Positions 12,701-25,408 of a DNA stretch of 64,000 nt are shown piece after piece; the stretch's first letter is position 1; each line of letters starts with the position of its first letter. Origin of the DNA: Malacoraja senta (Eukaryota); NCBI GenBank assembly GCA_038087875.1, contig CM075989.1:11408001-11472000 (forward strand), given 5' to 3'. Position numbers and translations under genes: made by a program. The notes below the pieces were generated by a model, which was not told where the DNA came from, did no database searches, and saw only the letters and a list, made by a program, of their open reading frames with translations.

Positions 12701-15700
12701 TCTTCACAAGTTAAGAGTTCATAACTAAAAGAAAATTGCGGAGGCTCTTGCATAGATATTTGTATTATTTATAGCCGCAGACGGAATTCCAGAAGCCTGG
12801 AGGGTGAATGACGTTGTATCATTATTTAAGAACACCAAAAGGAATGGTATAGTGGATGGTGAGGAAGGATATCTAATTTTATAACAGGATCCAGATAAGT
12901 TGGGAAGGTAGGCCAAGGAATTCAAATGGAATTTAACTCTGACAAGTGTAAGGTATCGCACTTATAAATGTTAAACCAGGGTAAGAATTTGACAGTAAAT
13001 GGTAGAGCCCTGTAGAGTATTGTGGAATAAAGATCCAGGTGCATTGTTCCCTGAAAGTGGTCATTCAGGTGAACATGGTGGCGAAGAAGTTGTTTAGCAC
13101 CTTTGCCTTCATGGGAAAAATACTGAGTACAAAAGAATTGGTGAATGGCATTTGGAGTACTGTATGCAATTCTGCTTGCTCAGCTAAAGAAAAGATGCCA
13201 TGAAAGTGGAAAGGGTGCAGAAGAGATTCTGCAGGATTTTCCTGGGATTTGTGGGCTTCAGTTATAGGGAGAGGCTAGATAAGTTGGAACTTTTTTTCTT
13301 GAAGCATAGGAAGCTGAGGAGTGATTTGTTAATGTGTACAAAACCATGAAGGCCATGGATAAAGCGAACGTTCAGTCTTTTTTACGAGTTTAATTTTCGG
13401 GATACAAGGTTAATTCCTGGGATACGAGGTTAATTCCCGGGATGGCGGGACTGTCATATGTTGATAGAATGGAGCGGCTGGGCTTGTATACTCTGGAATT
13501 TAGAAAGATGAGAGGGGATCTTATTGAAACGTATAAGATTATTAAGGGTTTGGACACACGCTAGACACAGGAAACATGTTCCCGATGTTGGGGGAGTCCA
13601 GAACCAGGGGCCATAGTTTAAGAATAAGGGGTTGGCCATTTAGAACGGAGATGAGAAGAAACTTTCTCACACAGAGGGTTGTGAATATGTGGAATTCTCT
13701 GTCTCAGAAGGCAGTGGACGCCAATTCTCTGTATGCTTTCAAGAGAGAGTTGGATAGAGCTCTTAAAGATAGCGGAATCAGGGGATATGGGGAAAAGGCA
13801 GGAATGCGGTACTGAGTGTGGATGATCAGCCATGATCACAGTGAATGGTGGTGCTCGCTCGAAGGGCTGAATGGCCTACTCCTGCACCTATTGTTTATTG
13901 ATAAGAGGATGATAACACTAGAGGACATAGGCTCAAGGTGAGAGAGAAGAGAATTTAAGAGGGACCTTTTTCCACAGAGGATAGTTCATATCTGGAACAA
14001 GCAGACAAATATACAAGCAGATACAATTGCGACTTTCAAAAGACATTCGGACAGATATATGGGTAGAAAACGTGGAGGGATATGGCTGAAAATCGGGAAA
14101 TGGGATTAACACAAAACACCAATTTGGCAAATAATTTGGCAGCCTATATTTTCCCCTCTTCTTGAACAGCAGAGTAATATTTACAATTTTCCAATCGTCT
14201 GGAACCACCCCCTGATTCTAGTGATTCTTGAAAGATCACAACTAATGTCTCCACAATCTCTAAGGCTACCTCTTTCAGAACCCTGGGGGAAAATCAAAAC
14301 CTGCAGATGCTAGAAATTTGAAAGCTGATGAAGGATCTTAGATGTGAGATATTAGCTGTTTCTCTCTCCACAGACGCCAAGTGCTACCAACATTTACTGA
14401 TTTTATTCTCGTCACCAGTAATCCTTGCAAACCAATGCCAAACTGGAAAGTATGGAACCAGTTCTAAAGCACAAGCATGGTACCTTGCAATTTCAGTTTG
14501 AAATACCAATGGTACTTTGTTCAGTCCATTAAAGAGTCCTAAAGGCTTGCTGAGGACAATGTCAAGGGAACTACACTTTGCCTATACGGGGATGGGGGAC
14601 TGGGACATGAAAGCATGGTAATAGGCCACATGACACATCTGCTTGGCAGATATAGGAAAATCAAAATACACTGGAAAACTGCCAAATGTGAAGGCAGTTT
14701 ATAATTAGCACAATGCTAGGAAGTCTTCAGTGACCAATAATGAACACAGCATAGAAACAAACATCAGGGTTATAATATTGTTACATGACCAATATCATTG
14801 ACACAAAACGTAACAAAGAAAACCAGGAATGGGCCTAATAAATACACCCGCATATATATTCTAATATCTGACCTGTATTCAGACTGTGATCCCTGTTTCT
14901 ATAATTCCATCCAGCAGAAACAGTCACTCTGCTAGCCCCTTAAGAATTTAGCCTGCTTCTCATTCATTAAAACTCAGAAGAGTTAAGCCAATCAGTTTAA
15001 TTGTTCCTCAAACAACAAACTTACCATCTCAGGAATCAATACGATGAATCTCAACAGCACTCCCTAAATTTAAAAGTATATTCTTCTTTGGGTAGGAAGA
15101 CATTGGAACACAATGGTCCACGTGAAATCTCATGCAGCATTTTGCGCACAAAACTTTTTTTGTTGCATTTCGGAGTATACATTCAGGCAGGGCAGCTGAC
15201 TGAAATCAGCATTATAGCTAAGATGTTTGAAACCTAATGCACAGGGCAGTCTTGTGCCACTTTGGTTCCCGAGATGAATATCCCGAGATGATTAACTGTA
15301 ATGATCCTTTCGTAGCACATCAGTCCTTCTTCAACTTTCCAAAGGCTCAAAATGCAAACTGTCGACAAACACCACTACCGTCAATTCCCATCGAGTTTCG
15401 TATCTACCAGAATATGCAACGCATCCGCTTGTCTAAAAGGTCTGCTATACCTGGCATTGGATGAACTTTACTGGCGACCTTATCTTCTGCATTATCTGAA
15501 CTGCTGTCAGGGGACGGTGATTGTGCTGTCACTGCCTGGCCAGAGTATAGTCCTCCCGTTGCTGATGTTGCTGTGCTGGTGGTTATCTCGTCTACTTGCT
15601 CCAATTCCAGCTGTTTGACTATTTCTTCAGCCTCCACAGCTTGACCTGGGGAGTCAGATCCTGATGTTCCTACAAACGAGATCACAAGCATAAAATCATA

Positions 15701-18700
15701 TCTCAAAAATACAAAGATTACCTACCACAGCATATTAGATACTTTATTTATTTTCTGTTTTCACCAGTGCAACCACAGGAGACAAAACTAAAAACTAAAC
15801 TAAACAATATTAGTGAAGGAGAAAGCTTTGGTCTTTTTGCATTTTACCACCTGCTCAAATAGATCAATGCTAGGATTTTAAAATATAGTCAATTGGTCTA
15901 ATGAATGGTCTTTCACTTGAGATAGCAACTCTGTTTCCCTTTCCACAGATCTGGCCTGACCTACTGAGTATTTCCAACGTACACAAAAATGCTGGAGAAA
16001 CTCAGCGGGTGCAGCAGCATCTATGGAGCGAAGGAAATAGGCAATGTTTCGGGCCAAAACCTTTCTTCAGACTGAAGAAGGGTTTCGGCCCGAAACGTTG
16101 CCTATTTCCTTCGCTCCATAGATGCTGTTGCACCCGCTGAGTTTCTCCAGCATTTTTGTGTACCTTCAATTTTCCAGCATCTGCAGTTCCTTTTTAAACA
16201 CTGAGTATTTCCAACATTGTCTGTTTTTGCCCCCTCCCATCAAAAAAAAAATCAGGCTCGCACAAATTTTTCTCTAACTTGCAGGCCATCACCGTGTTAC
16301 AGAATGGCTGGCATTGTCAATGGCTACATTGTCAATGTAAATCAAAGCATTTTTAATTCCTGGTAGAAATCGAAGGTAGACAAAAATGCTGGAGAAACTC
16401 AGCGGGTGAGGCAGCATCTATGGCGCGAAGGAAATAGGCAATGTTTCGGGTCGAAACCTTTCTTCAGACTTCCATCGCTCCATAGATGCTGCCTCACCCG
16501 CTGAGTTTCTCCAGCATTTTTGTCTACCTTCGATTTTCCAGCATCTGCAGTTCCTTCTTAAATATTTTTAATTACTGTTCATTTTTATTTATTCATTAAT
16601 ACCCGTCTCTAATTGTTTAATGTCAGAGACATTGCACAAGTTAAATAATTTCTAATGCACAACAGCGTGCAATGTTACAGAAAAAAACAATTTCAAAAAA
16701 CACAAATATGCGTGGAAAGAATAAGCAAATTTCATTCACAAATACACATTTTAAAAAATGGTTGAATGCTTAACATACCAAAAATGCCAGTAATATCAAG
16801 TATGAAATGAGCTCTGAAGGTTTTTTTGTGTTTCTAGTTCTATTGCTTTTCTTATATAATTATTTCTGAAGTGCATAATATTCAATTTAAATTATGGGAA
16901 CTCCAAAAGATGTCACGAGAAAAGGATGCAGAATCATCTTGGCTAATATTTTTGTTTATAATTTATACAGATAATTGTAGAACGGTGGTTCTGAGGTAAT
17001 AAATCAGTTTTGATTTTACTGATTGGCAGACTATGCATAAAGGGCTGAAAATCTATGCACACATTTGCTTCTTTTGTGATAGCTTGGTGGAATCAGGTTC
17101 CATTTTTAGTCAAATGGGCAGGTATTTCAAAAGGACAACTAAACATTACGCGGGAGAAGCTGGGGAATGGGACTGCTTGGACAGATTTTTCCAAGAGCAG
17201 ACCTGATAAGATGAGTGAACACTGATTGTGGTTGAAGTCTCCGCACCCAACTTTCCGCTACATCGTATATAAATGTTACTTGTGCTGCTTCCTGATAATG
17301 CAACGGCATCTTAAAGAAAGTATTACTATAAATCAAATACAATACTTAATTTCATTTTAACACAGTTCTACATTTAAGAAAGTTTTTTAGTAATTAATAC
17401 TTTACCATTTTTGTTTGCTGGTGAAAAGAAACTGAAAACAGGAGAAAAGATGGTTCCCAGTAAGGCAGTTCGTGGAGGGCTAACGACATCATTAACTATC
17501 GTTAGTTTTCCATTCTGTTTACTTCTGTAACCTCCAGTCTCTTAAAAAAACAAATAGCAAATGTAAGTTGTGTTGTAATTACAATTTACAATCTAGTGGG
17601 AGGAACTGAAGGAAATCCACATTAGTCAGGAAATGGTGTTGGGTAAACTGTTGGGACTGAAGGCAGATAAATCCCATGGGCCTGATAGTCTGCATCCCAG
17701 AGTACTCAAGGAGGTGGCCCTAGAAATCGTGGATGCATTGGTGATCATTTTCCAAATGTTCTCTTGACTCTGGATCAGTTCCTGTGGACTGGAAGGTAGC
17801 CAATGTAACTCCACTTTTTAAGAAAAGAGGGAGAGAGAAAACAAGAATTATAGACAAGTTAGCCTTAAGTGGGGAAGATGCTTGAGTCGATTGTTAAATA
17901 TGTTATAGCAGCGCATTTGGAAAGCAGTGACAGGATCGGTCAAAGTCAGCATGGATTTATGAAGGTGAAATCATGCTTGACTAATCTTCTGTAATTTTTT
18001 TAGGATGTGACAAGTAGAATGGATAGGGGAGAGCCAGTGGATGTGATGTATCTGGACTTTCAAAAAGCCTTTGACAAGGTCCCACACAAGAGATTAGTGT
18101 GGAAAATTAGGGTATGGGGGTAGGGTACTAACATAGATTACATGGCATTGGGGGTAGGGTACTAACATAGATAGGGAACTGGTTGGCAGACAGGAAGCAA
18201 AGTAGAAATTAACGGGTCCTTTTCAAAATGGCAAACAGTGACTAGTGGGGTGCCACAAGGCTTGATGCTGGGACCCCAGTTATTTACAATATATATTAAC
18301 AATTTAGACAAGGGAATTAAATGTGACATCTACAAGTTTGCGGGTGGCAGAGTGAGCTGCAATGAGGATTTTATAAGGCTGCAGGGTGACTGATAGGTTG
18401 GGTGAGTGGGCAGGTGCAGCATAATGTGGATAAATGAGGTTATCCACTTTGGTGGCAAGAAGTTCATGAGGTTAATTCCCGGGATGGCGGGACCGATATA
18501 TGATGAAAGAATGGGTCGACTGGGCTTTTATTCACTGGAATTTAGAAGAATGAGAGGGGATCTTATAGAAACATATAAAATTCTTAAGGGATTGGACAGG
18601 CTGGATGCAGGAAAAATGTTCCCAATGTTAGGGGAGTCCAGAACCTGAGGTCACAGTTTAAGAATAAGGGGTAGGCCATTTAGGACTGAGATGAGGATCT

Positions 18701-21700
18701 TTATTTTTTTTGCCCTGTGGCTTCATATACAACTGTGTTCAAATACACATTTGCATTAACATAATTAAAAACTAAAATTATTTATAATTGGTTCATGCAG
18801 TAAAGTATCACATACCTGCTGCAATGACCTTGCATACAATTATAATGAATATTTCCAAAGAGTGAAAATAACCAGGAATAATCTATGGCCTATTCTTAGT
18901 CACGTATGTGACCAAAAAGATGAAAAATTGTGGAACACATCTCTTCTAATTCTGAAAGCATTACAGGTACATTCTTTATGCTGTATATATGATTCATATT
19001 TTTTTCGGTTTATCAAGTGAATTTATTATATGTTATGCTGACAATGTTTGTTTAGGGTCAGGGCCAAATATGACTGGCCAAGTGTGCGACATCACTGTGA
19101 ATTTTAAATAGGGCCAACCATTATCCAGCCATACACAAAAGTGATCTGCTGCCTACCACAACAATAGCAGAAATTACAGAATTGTCTGGGTGGACCATCA
19201 TTATCCCATGATTCACCTGTTGGAAGAATTCATTACCTATAAATCTGGCAGTCATTATCAGACCATGGTATCATAGGAGTTATCTGAACTACTGCACATA
19301 TGGAATAACCACGATGCTAATTCAACATATGGAATCACTCACTATGTGTGACAGGCATATAGAGTGAGAGGCATACAGCAAGGGAGAACATATACAATGT
19401 TAAACAAGAGAAAGACAGGCAAAGAGGACAATGGAAACAAAGTGAAAAGAAAGAGAAAGCGATGAGACAGAATCGTTTAAACTATGTTTAGGAGCAAAAC
19501 CACAGAATGTCAAATCAATTTCATACAAAATATTCCGTTTTACATTACAGTCCAACAGCTCTCTGTCTCAATTACCAATGGTCAATTATAATTGATCTAT
19601 TCAAAACCGTGGAAATTTAAGTTCTGATTTAACCTATTTTGTTGTCCAACATGCAAAATTCCCACTTAAAAGCATTTTCAACCCTAGTTACAGTCTATAA
19701 TTTCTCCAATTAACAATTTTTATCATTAGCAGTCTGTGTTTTAAATTGGGTACAAAGGTATTCAGGACAAATATAACTCACTTTAGACAGAACTTTAATT
19801 ATCACTGAAATACACAAGAAAAACTTTCATTAAAAATTGTGTGTGAAATATCCAGTAACTTTAAGCTCCAAGGCTAGAAGCATTAATAACAACAACCAAC
19901 GACAAGATTTATACATACAGAGAGGATTTTTTCTTTGAACAGCTTAAATAATGCTGAAGCAGTGTTCAGAGGTGTCGGTTGACATACAGACTTTCTGTTT
20001 GTTTAGTAATTCCACTCTCAGAGGTAAATGCTTATTTCAGACTGTGCAATGTGAAAATCCTGTTGAACATTGGCATACAAAAAAAAATGTGCAGATGAAT
20101 ATACCTGGTACTGCTTTGGATTATCGGTATTGGTTTTTCTATACCAAAATACAATGAAAATCTTTGATTTGCCTGCTATCCAGATGTGGAAGTGCAAAGG
20201 AGAATATAGATAGAGTGCAGAATGGAGCGTTACATTACATCAAGTAGGGGCCGATTAAAAACAAGTGCTACGGCCGCAACAAGGCAGATTGGAAAATCAG
20301 AAGTTCATCTCTCAACATACAAGAGTCTGACAAAAGGCAGTAAAAGGTGTTCTTCAATCTGGTGGCATGTGTTTTTAAGCTTTTGTACCTTTGAGTACTT
20401 CATTTCAAGGTTATTTGCAACCGTGTGTGGTATGTCCCATGCAGTGGGATGTAAACTAGTCAGGACGGCCAAAGTGAATGATATGTCGATTTCTTTAGCT
20501 TTATCTGAATATTCTCGAGACACTTATGCATGTGGCAAGATTGTCCAATGGAGTTATTGTTGGGTCAACCTTTGTTTCTATTTGGAAGGTGGCCCAATCA
20601 CCAGCTTGCCAACAAAGTGGATCACAGCAAGGGACTGTGCAGCCTCTCCATCAACAGGTGCCTGCACCATGAAAGGATCCAGGTTCTCTGAAATTCATTG
20701 GTGCAACCAGACAGACAGGTGGTGAGAATCAACCACAACGTGTCTCAACACTGTGCATGTAACTGTCCAGTCAACAAAGTAGAGTTATTTGTGGAAAATG
20801 ATTAAGCAGCTGGTCTTATCATTTAGTTTTAAGTCTTAATTTACATGCAGTAATTTGTATGGAAACACAGTGGCCTTTCTCAGCTGATTCCTTTTTCTGG
20901 ACAGCGGGAGGGTGATAGGCCTTTGCCTATCCTAAGAAAGGACGGCCTAGAAACATCACAATGGATTTCCATGTTCAATCGCCTATGAAATTAAGGAATT
21001 GATATAATGCACATGGTCATGGGATGAGCACATGATCTCCCAACATGTCGAAGATTGCCAAGTGGCGAGCTGCGCAGTCAGTCTGTTGAACCAGGTCAGG
21101 GATGCCAAGCTCAGAGAAGACCAAGCTCTTCGCTGTTAAATGACTCAACAAATAGCGCTCAGTTATCTGTTCAAACTGCATGAATATTTTGGTAGAGTGT
21201 CACCATCACCTGCCATCTGGTAATGGGACTGGTACACATTTAAGAATCACAAAATAGTTTTAGTAGGGAAGGAGGCCATTCAGCCACTGAGTTTCAATAG
21301 ACTATGGAAAAGCACTCCAGCCATTTATATTCCTCCTGCTGCCCTGCAAAATTCTTTGAGATACTTATTCAGCTATCTTTTGAATGTTCTAGTGCATTCT
21401 GCATAAATAAGTTCTAGTGCATTCTGCATAAATAAGTTTCCCTCATGTCATTTTCAGTCCTTTTGCAAATCTTCTTTGTTTTGTGATCCCTGGTTCTGCT
21501 ATGGCTTCTCTATCTACTCAGCACCTGGGTGATTTTAAATCTGAAGAAGGGTCTCGACCCGAAACATCACCCATTCCATCTCTCCGGAGATGCTGCCTGC
21601 CCTGCTGAGTTACTATAGCTTTTTGTGTCTATCTACGGTTTAAACCAGCATCTGCAGTTCCTTCTTACACAAATCTCCTCTTAACCTCCACTGTCCAAGG

Positions 21701-24700
21701 AGAACAACTGCATCTTCCAAGTCATTCTATATAACTGAAGTTGCCCATCCCAGAATCATCTTAATAAATCACTTCAGCAACTGGCCAAAATCTTTACATA
21801 TTTTCTAAAGTGCGGCACTCAGACATCTGACTTTGTTGCTCTTGTACTATGTATTTCTATTCATAAAGCATTGGATTCCATATACTTTTTTAACAACTTT
21901 GAGAAAACCTACACTGGCACTTCCAAAGAACTATGCAAATATACCCTGGATCTCTCTGATTGTGCTTCTTTCAGAGTTGTGTCCTCTAATATATATTTGC
22001 CTCCTCACATTCTTACCAACAAAATGTATTTCTTGCATTTCTCTGTATTAAAATGTCATCTGCCACCTATTTCCCCCATTCCCCCAATCTCCATGTCTTT
22101 CAAATGTATCACTATCCTACATGGTCTCCTGTTGCATCTTCTATGTCAGTCTCTTCCAATTACATCACTAGAGCCTCTCCAAAAATAAATTGAACTGAAC
22201 ACGAGCCAAACATTACATGGTATACTTAATAGGAAATATAGGATGACCAGAGCAGGAAATGAATGTGATTTAGTAAGTGATACTTTTTTAAAATTAGAAT
22301 TAAGGTATAATTTTAGGACAGAACAAACTTTACACCAAGGTGATCTTTACAGTATGTTAAAACAACACAGGAAATCCTTAATTTTGAGCCTGCTTAACAG
22401 GAAAATAATTCCACTTTGTTTTAGTAATGCTCCATGTGATTTTACAAATCTATCTCAGGTCACCACTCAGCCTCTTACACTCCAACAGAAAAATGACCCA
22501 GCCATTCCTTGTAGCTCAAACCCCTCAGACCCAGTATCATCCTCGCAAATCTTTTTTGCACCCTTTCCAATTGAATGATATCCTTCCTCTTGCACGGCAA
22601 CCGGAACTACACACAGTAGTCCAAATGTGACATACCCACAGCACAACTCAAATGTGAGCTTACCAGTTGGTGGCCCGAGGAAGGATACGGTAATTTCTGG
22701 AAAGATTTACCTGGGATTAGGTACAGGGTTAGATGGGGAAAACTAGTTTTGTTATATTTGAAAGATTAAATGGCGATTTGATAATGATATACTAGTTTAG
22801 AAACGTCACAGTTTTGACATTTTGGTGAAAAGACAGAAGAGGGATAGAAGAAATCTTATTCTTGGACATCATTGGTGATGCCAGTATTTACTGTCCATTC
22901 TGAACTGAGGAGGCAGCTAAATATCTAGTCACATTGATAAATCACCTGATAAGGGAGGTCGATTTTCTTCCCCAAAAGGACATTACTGCAGATGATTTCT
23001 ATGTTAATCTGGTGGTTCAGTGGAACTTCAGTGGAACCATATATTTTTTATACTCGTGTCTTATTTAATGAATACCTAAGTTTAAACATCAAACTGCCAT
23101 GCTGGGTTCTGAATACACATATCTAGCAATATGATCCAGACTTTTGGCTGATGGTTCAGTCATTTAACCAGCAAGCTACCAAGCACAGGGTAGGTCTAAT
23201 CTGGAATTTACTGCTTGCAGAAGCAGAGGAAACAGAATAATTCAGACTTACAAAAGGGAACCATATAGGCACCAGAGGAAAAATAATTTCAATGCCATGG
23301 GGAAAGGGGCTATTGGGAGTGCTCTGCTCGGAGCCATCCAGACTCAAAGGGCTCTTGCACTGCAACAAATATAAGATTTAGCGATAAATGTCACCACAAT
23401 GGTTCTGCAATGATATTGTGAAAGAGATACCTGGATTTCCAATCAATGAAAGGAAATGGCCTCTACTGACCTCCGTTCACTGGGCTTTTCCGCCTTACTC
23501 TAGAGATTTGTTTGTTAGGTTTTGTGCCGGTGTGGGGTGTTGAAGTGATCATGTTGTCATCCAGGTCACCATCAAGTTTACATTTTTTCTTTGGAGGATT
23601 CTCTGCTTCCGCCTGTAGAGTGAACAGCAAAATGATCTTTGATTGATATCACCAGGATTTCCATATTCAAAGTCAGAGTAACCCCAAAAAATAAACACAA
23701 AGCATTACACCAATTCGTATTACCTAAAAATATGAAAGTATAATGATTTGCCTTTCTAATGTATGTAATTTATAGATAATTTTAATGTTAATTTGGAAAT
23801 TAACCTGAATTTTAAAGTTTCTCCCTCGCCACTTCCTATCCCATTACCCAGAATACATTCTTAAAGGAATTTTATTCACAAGCCATCTCAGCAAAATAGC
23901 TGCAATGAAACGTGGCCTCAAATTCACCTTCCTCAAGCTTTCCTTTTTCTTAGAGATGGAATGTGATGAAAAAAACAAGCAGACATTAACTGATGCTTTT
24001 CCATTTCCAGTTGCAGTATACAAGCCTTTGCAGCATTTTGATTATAAAAAATGACTTGCAGTGGAGTGTACCATTCCCTTTCGATGAGGTAATATGCCGA
24101 TGGGAATAAGAGTATGGCAGATTATCCTTTCATTCATGATCAACAATGAAGTCTTCCATTTTACTTATGCAATAAAGCATTATATAAAAGATAGAAAAAT
24201 GTGCCATGCACTAAGTAAATACTTTCCTAATCAGAGTTGTTTTTAGCAGGTCAAAGCAAAAGCACAACAGTATTTTAGCCAATATTTTTTTCTAAATTTA
24301 ATCTTTGTTATTAATATGAGGCTTTTTTTAAAGATGAAACATTCAGTTCTGATTTGAAACATTCAGCTCCATTTTCATTAAAGCTCTTTCAAACAAATAA
24401 GAAATGCACAACACGTAACAAAGTCAAAGGATTAAACAAATAACCCAATGTGACTATCACAGTTATTTAAAACAATAAGACAGTCATCTGAGCTAAGATG
24501 CATTTCAATTTCCTTCCTTTTTTTGAGATACGGGATTGGTTTCCTCAGGTACATTTTGGAAAGCATGCACATAAAGATGGAGTAACAATTTATCTTGAAG
24601 TGAGAGTGCAAAGAGGAGAAAAACCCCAGGTTTTTGATTCCATAAAATGATCATAATTGCTCAAAATTATTTTTTCATATTTGTGGGTATATATGTTTTT

Positions 24701-25408
24701 GTGCTCTGTGCGGCCATCTATTTTTCGGCCTTAGTTAAGACTCCCGACTCGAGATTATTTTCTCTTGGAATGTTAAAGATGGCTTTGTCTACCACACAAA
24801 AAGTATTTTACATGCAATGAACAATTCCAAGCCTAATGAACCCTTGGATAGGAGAGCAAAATCCAAAACCAATTAATTGACAAAAATATTTAATGGGTTA
24901 ATCACTTAATGTCCAATATGAGAATTCAGAAAAATTCACTTCCTTCTGATAATGTGAAAAGATTTTTAATTTAGTTGGAAGCAAACTTCACTTAAACAGA
25001 GGAAACCAAAATGGAAGACATCCTTACTACCAACCTGGAATCTTCACAAAATTAATGAAAAGCTCAAAATCATGTTCTCCTGATGATGTCCAGATGCAAG
25101 AAAGAATATCTTGTATTATATTAAATTGGTAAAGGATACCATAAACATATCAACTTCTAACAAACTGTAAACATTCAGATTAATATTTGAAGAGGACAAT
25201 CACAGCAGTTCTCTGGTCATACCTTTGTTGCAGTTCCTCGGATAAGTCTTTTAATTGACGAGAGCAAACCAGTTTCCTTTTTCTGAGGTTTTACCCCCAT
25301 AATAGGTACCGAATCATCTACATCAGAGCGCTTCCGCTTTGTCTTTGCTGCTCGTGATTCATGGACAGAGTTTGGCTGCTGAGAAGCCTTTCGCATTCTC
25401 AGCCTCAT
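3670..25408 (-). CDS. CTDSPL2: CTD small phosphatase-like protein 2 (SCP4), spliced CDS, 3'-incomplete (10 coding exons in window, 424 codons)
   Basis: The joined exons read [11 protein letters not shown]...ETGLLSSIK...[37 protein letters not shown]...[20 protein letters not shown]...[16 protein letters not shown]...[10 protein letters not shown]. This matches vertebrate CTDSPL2 as I recall it. The catalytic DLDET motif is split across two exons, and all introns are GT-AG with compatible phases. Confidence 0.97.
4860..5140 (+). mobile_element. Old Deu-SINE (SacSINE1-like); related copies at ~3180-3500 (-), ~22850-23200 (-) and ~48740-48990 (+)
   Basis: Tail ...TCAAGGGACATTTTGGGATAGACAACGAATTCTGGCTTTATCAGTGATGTCCACATC resembles the L2-type Deu-SINE tail as recalled. 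Confidence 0.5.
5232..5311 (-). CDS. CTDSPL2: CTDSPL2 exon 10 (80 nt)
   Basis: tctgcag|ATT...TCAG|gtacgt; translates [26 protein letters not shown](R). Confidence 0.96.
6077..6139 (-). CDS. CTDSPL2: CTDSPL2 exon 9 (63 nt)
   Basis: tgtcccag|GTT...GAG|gtgagt; translates [21 protein letters not shown]. Confidence 0.96.
7040..7126 (-). CDS. CTDSPL2: CTDSPL2 exon 8 (87 nt)
   Basis: ttggcag|GAT...CAG|gtaaga; translates [29 protein letters not shown]. Confidence 0.96.
7617..7728 (-). CDS. CTDSPL2: CTDSPL2 exon 7 (112 nt)
   Basis: tttgatag|T...TTG|gtgaga; translates [37 protein letters not shown]. Confidence 0.96.
9107..9330 (-). mobile_element. Tandem Penelope-like terminal repeats
   Basis: Two successive GACACAAAATGCTGGAGTAAC...GGCAGCATCTCTGGAG units. 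Confidence 0.7.
9930..10770 (+). mobile_element. Old CR1 LINE 3' fragment
   Basis: Degenerate RT C-terminal codons and CR1 3'UTR. Confidence 0.75.
10999..11119 (-). CDS. CTDSPL2: CTDSPL2 exon 6 (121 nt; acceptor choice slightly uncertain)
   Basis: catttttag|CA...GATCC|gtaagt; translates (A)[39 protein letters not shown](P); phase 1 to 2. Confidence 0.88.
12114..12420 (+). mobile_element. tRNA-derived V-SINE (HE1-like)
   Basis: A/B-box-like head (GGCACAGTGACGCA...GGTTCGAGCC), central GTACGTTCTCCCTGTGACC...GGGTTTTCTCCGGGTGC, CR1-like tail. Confidence 0.8.
12740..14290. mobile_element. Nested CR1 fragments; a young copy at ~13381-13900 (+) is inserted in an older one
   Basis: [19 protein letters not shown]...[13 protein letters not shown] and tail CCTACTCCTGCACCTATTG. 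Confidence 0.85.
15451..15669 (-). CDS. CTDSPL2: CTDSPL2 exon 5 (219 nt)
   Basis: tttgtag|GA...CCAG|gtatag; translates (G)[32 protein letters not shown]...KVHPMP; phase 1 to 1. Confidence 0.93.
15979..16199. mobile_element. Palindromic Penelope-like terminal-repeat insertion with two opposed hammerhead-like cores
   Basis: Inverted repeat 15979-16163 centred at 16071; 16-bp TSD ACTGAGTATTTCCAAC (15963-15978, 16200-16215). Confidence 0.82.
16367..16562. mobile_element. Second palindromic Penelope-like terminal repeat (centre partly deleted)
   Basis: AAATCGAAGGTAGACAAAAATGCTGGAG...CTCCAGCATTTTTGTCTACCTTCGATTT inverted arms. Confidence 0.78.
17406..17540 (-). CDS. CTDSPL2: CTDSPL2 exon 4 (135 nt)
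   Basis: tttttttaag|AG...AATG|gtaaaa; translates (E)[44 protein letters not shown]; phase 1 to 1. Confidence 0.92.
17595..18700 (+). mobile_element. CR1 LINE ORF2 fragment (internally deleted)
   Basis: [31 protein letters not shown] and SGVPQG motifs. Confidence 0.9.
21540..21670 (+). mobile_element. Penelope-like terminal repeat
   Basis: CTGAAGAAGGGTCTCGACCCGAAACATCACC...CCAGCATCTGCAGTTCCTTCTTACA. Confidence 0.75.
23471..23612 (-). CDS. CTDSPL2: CTDSPL2 exon 3 (142 nt)
   Basis: ctctacag|GCG...GGAG|gtcagt; translates [47 protein letters not shown]; phase 0 to 1. Not in the ORF track. Confidence 0.93.
25223..25408 (-). CDS. CTDSPL2: CTDSPL2 exon 2 coding part (186 nt; exon begins at 25432 with 24 nt of 5'UTR)
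   Basis: ATG at 25408; acceptor ttcttcttttcctttag ends at 25433; donor AAG|gtatga; translates [32 protein letters not shown]...GTATK. Confidence 0.95.

Noticed and set aside
15443-15450. Possible U12-type donor (GTAT...) after exon 5
   Set aside because: It reads GTATAGCA, not GTATCCTT; treated as a U2 intron.
21386-21438. 25-bp tandem duplication (similar short duplications at ~4825-4875, ~18110-18172 and ~25737-25795)
   Set aside because: Ordinary slippage duplications with no evident function.
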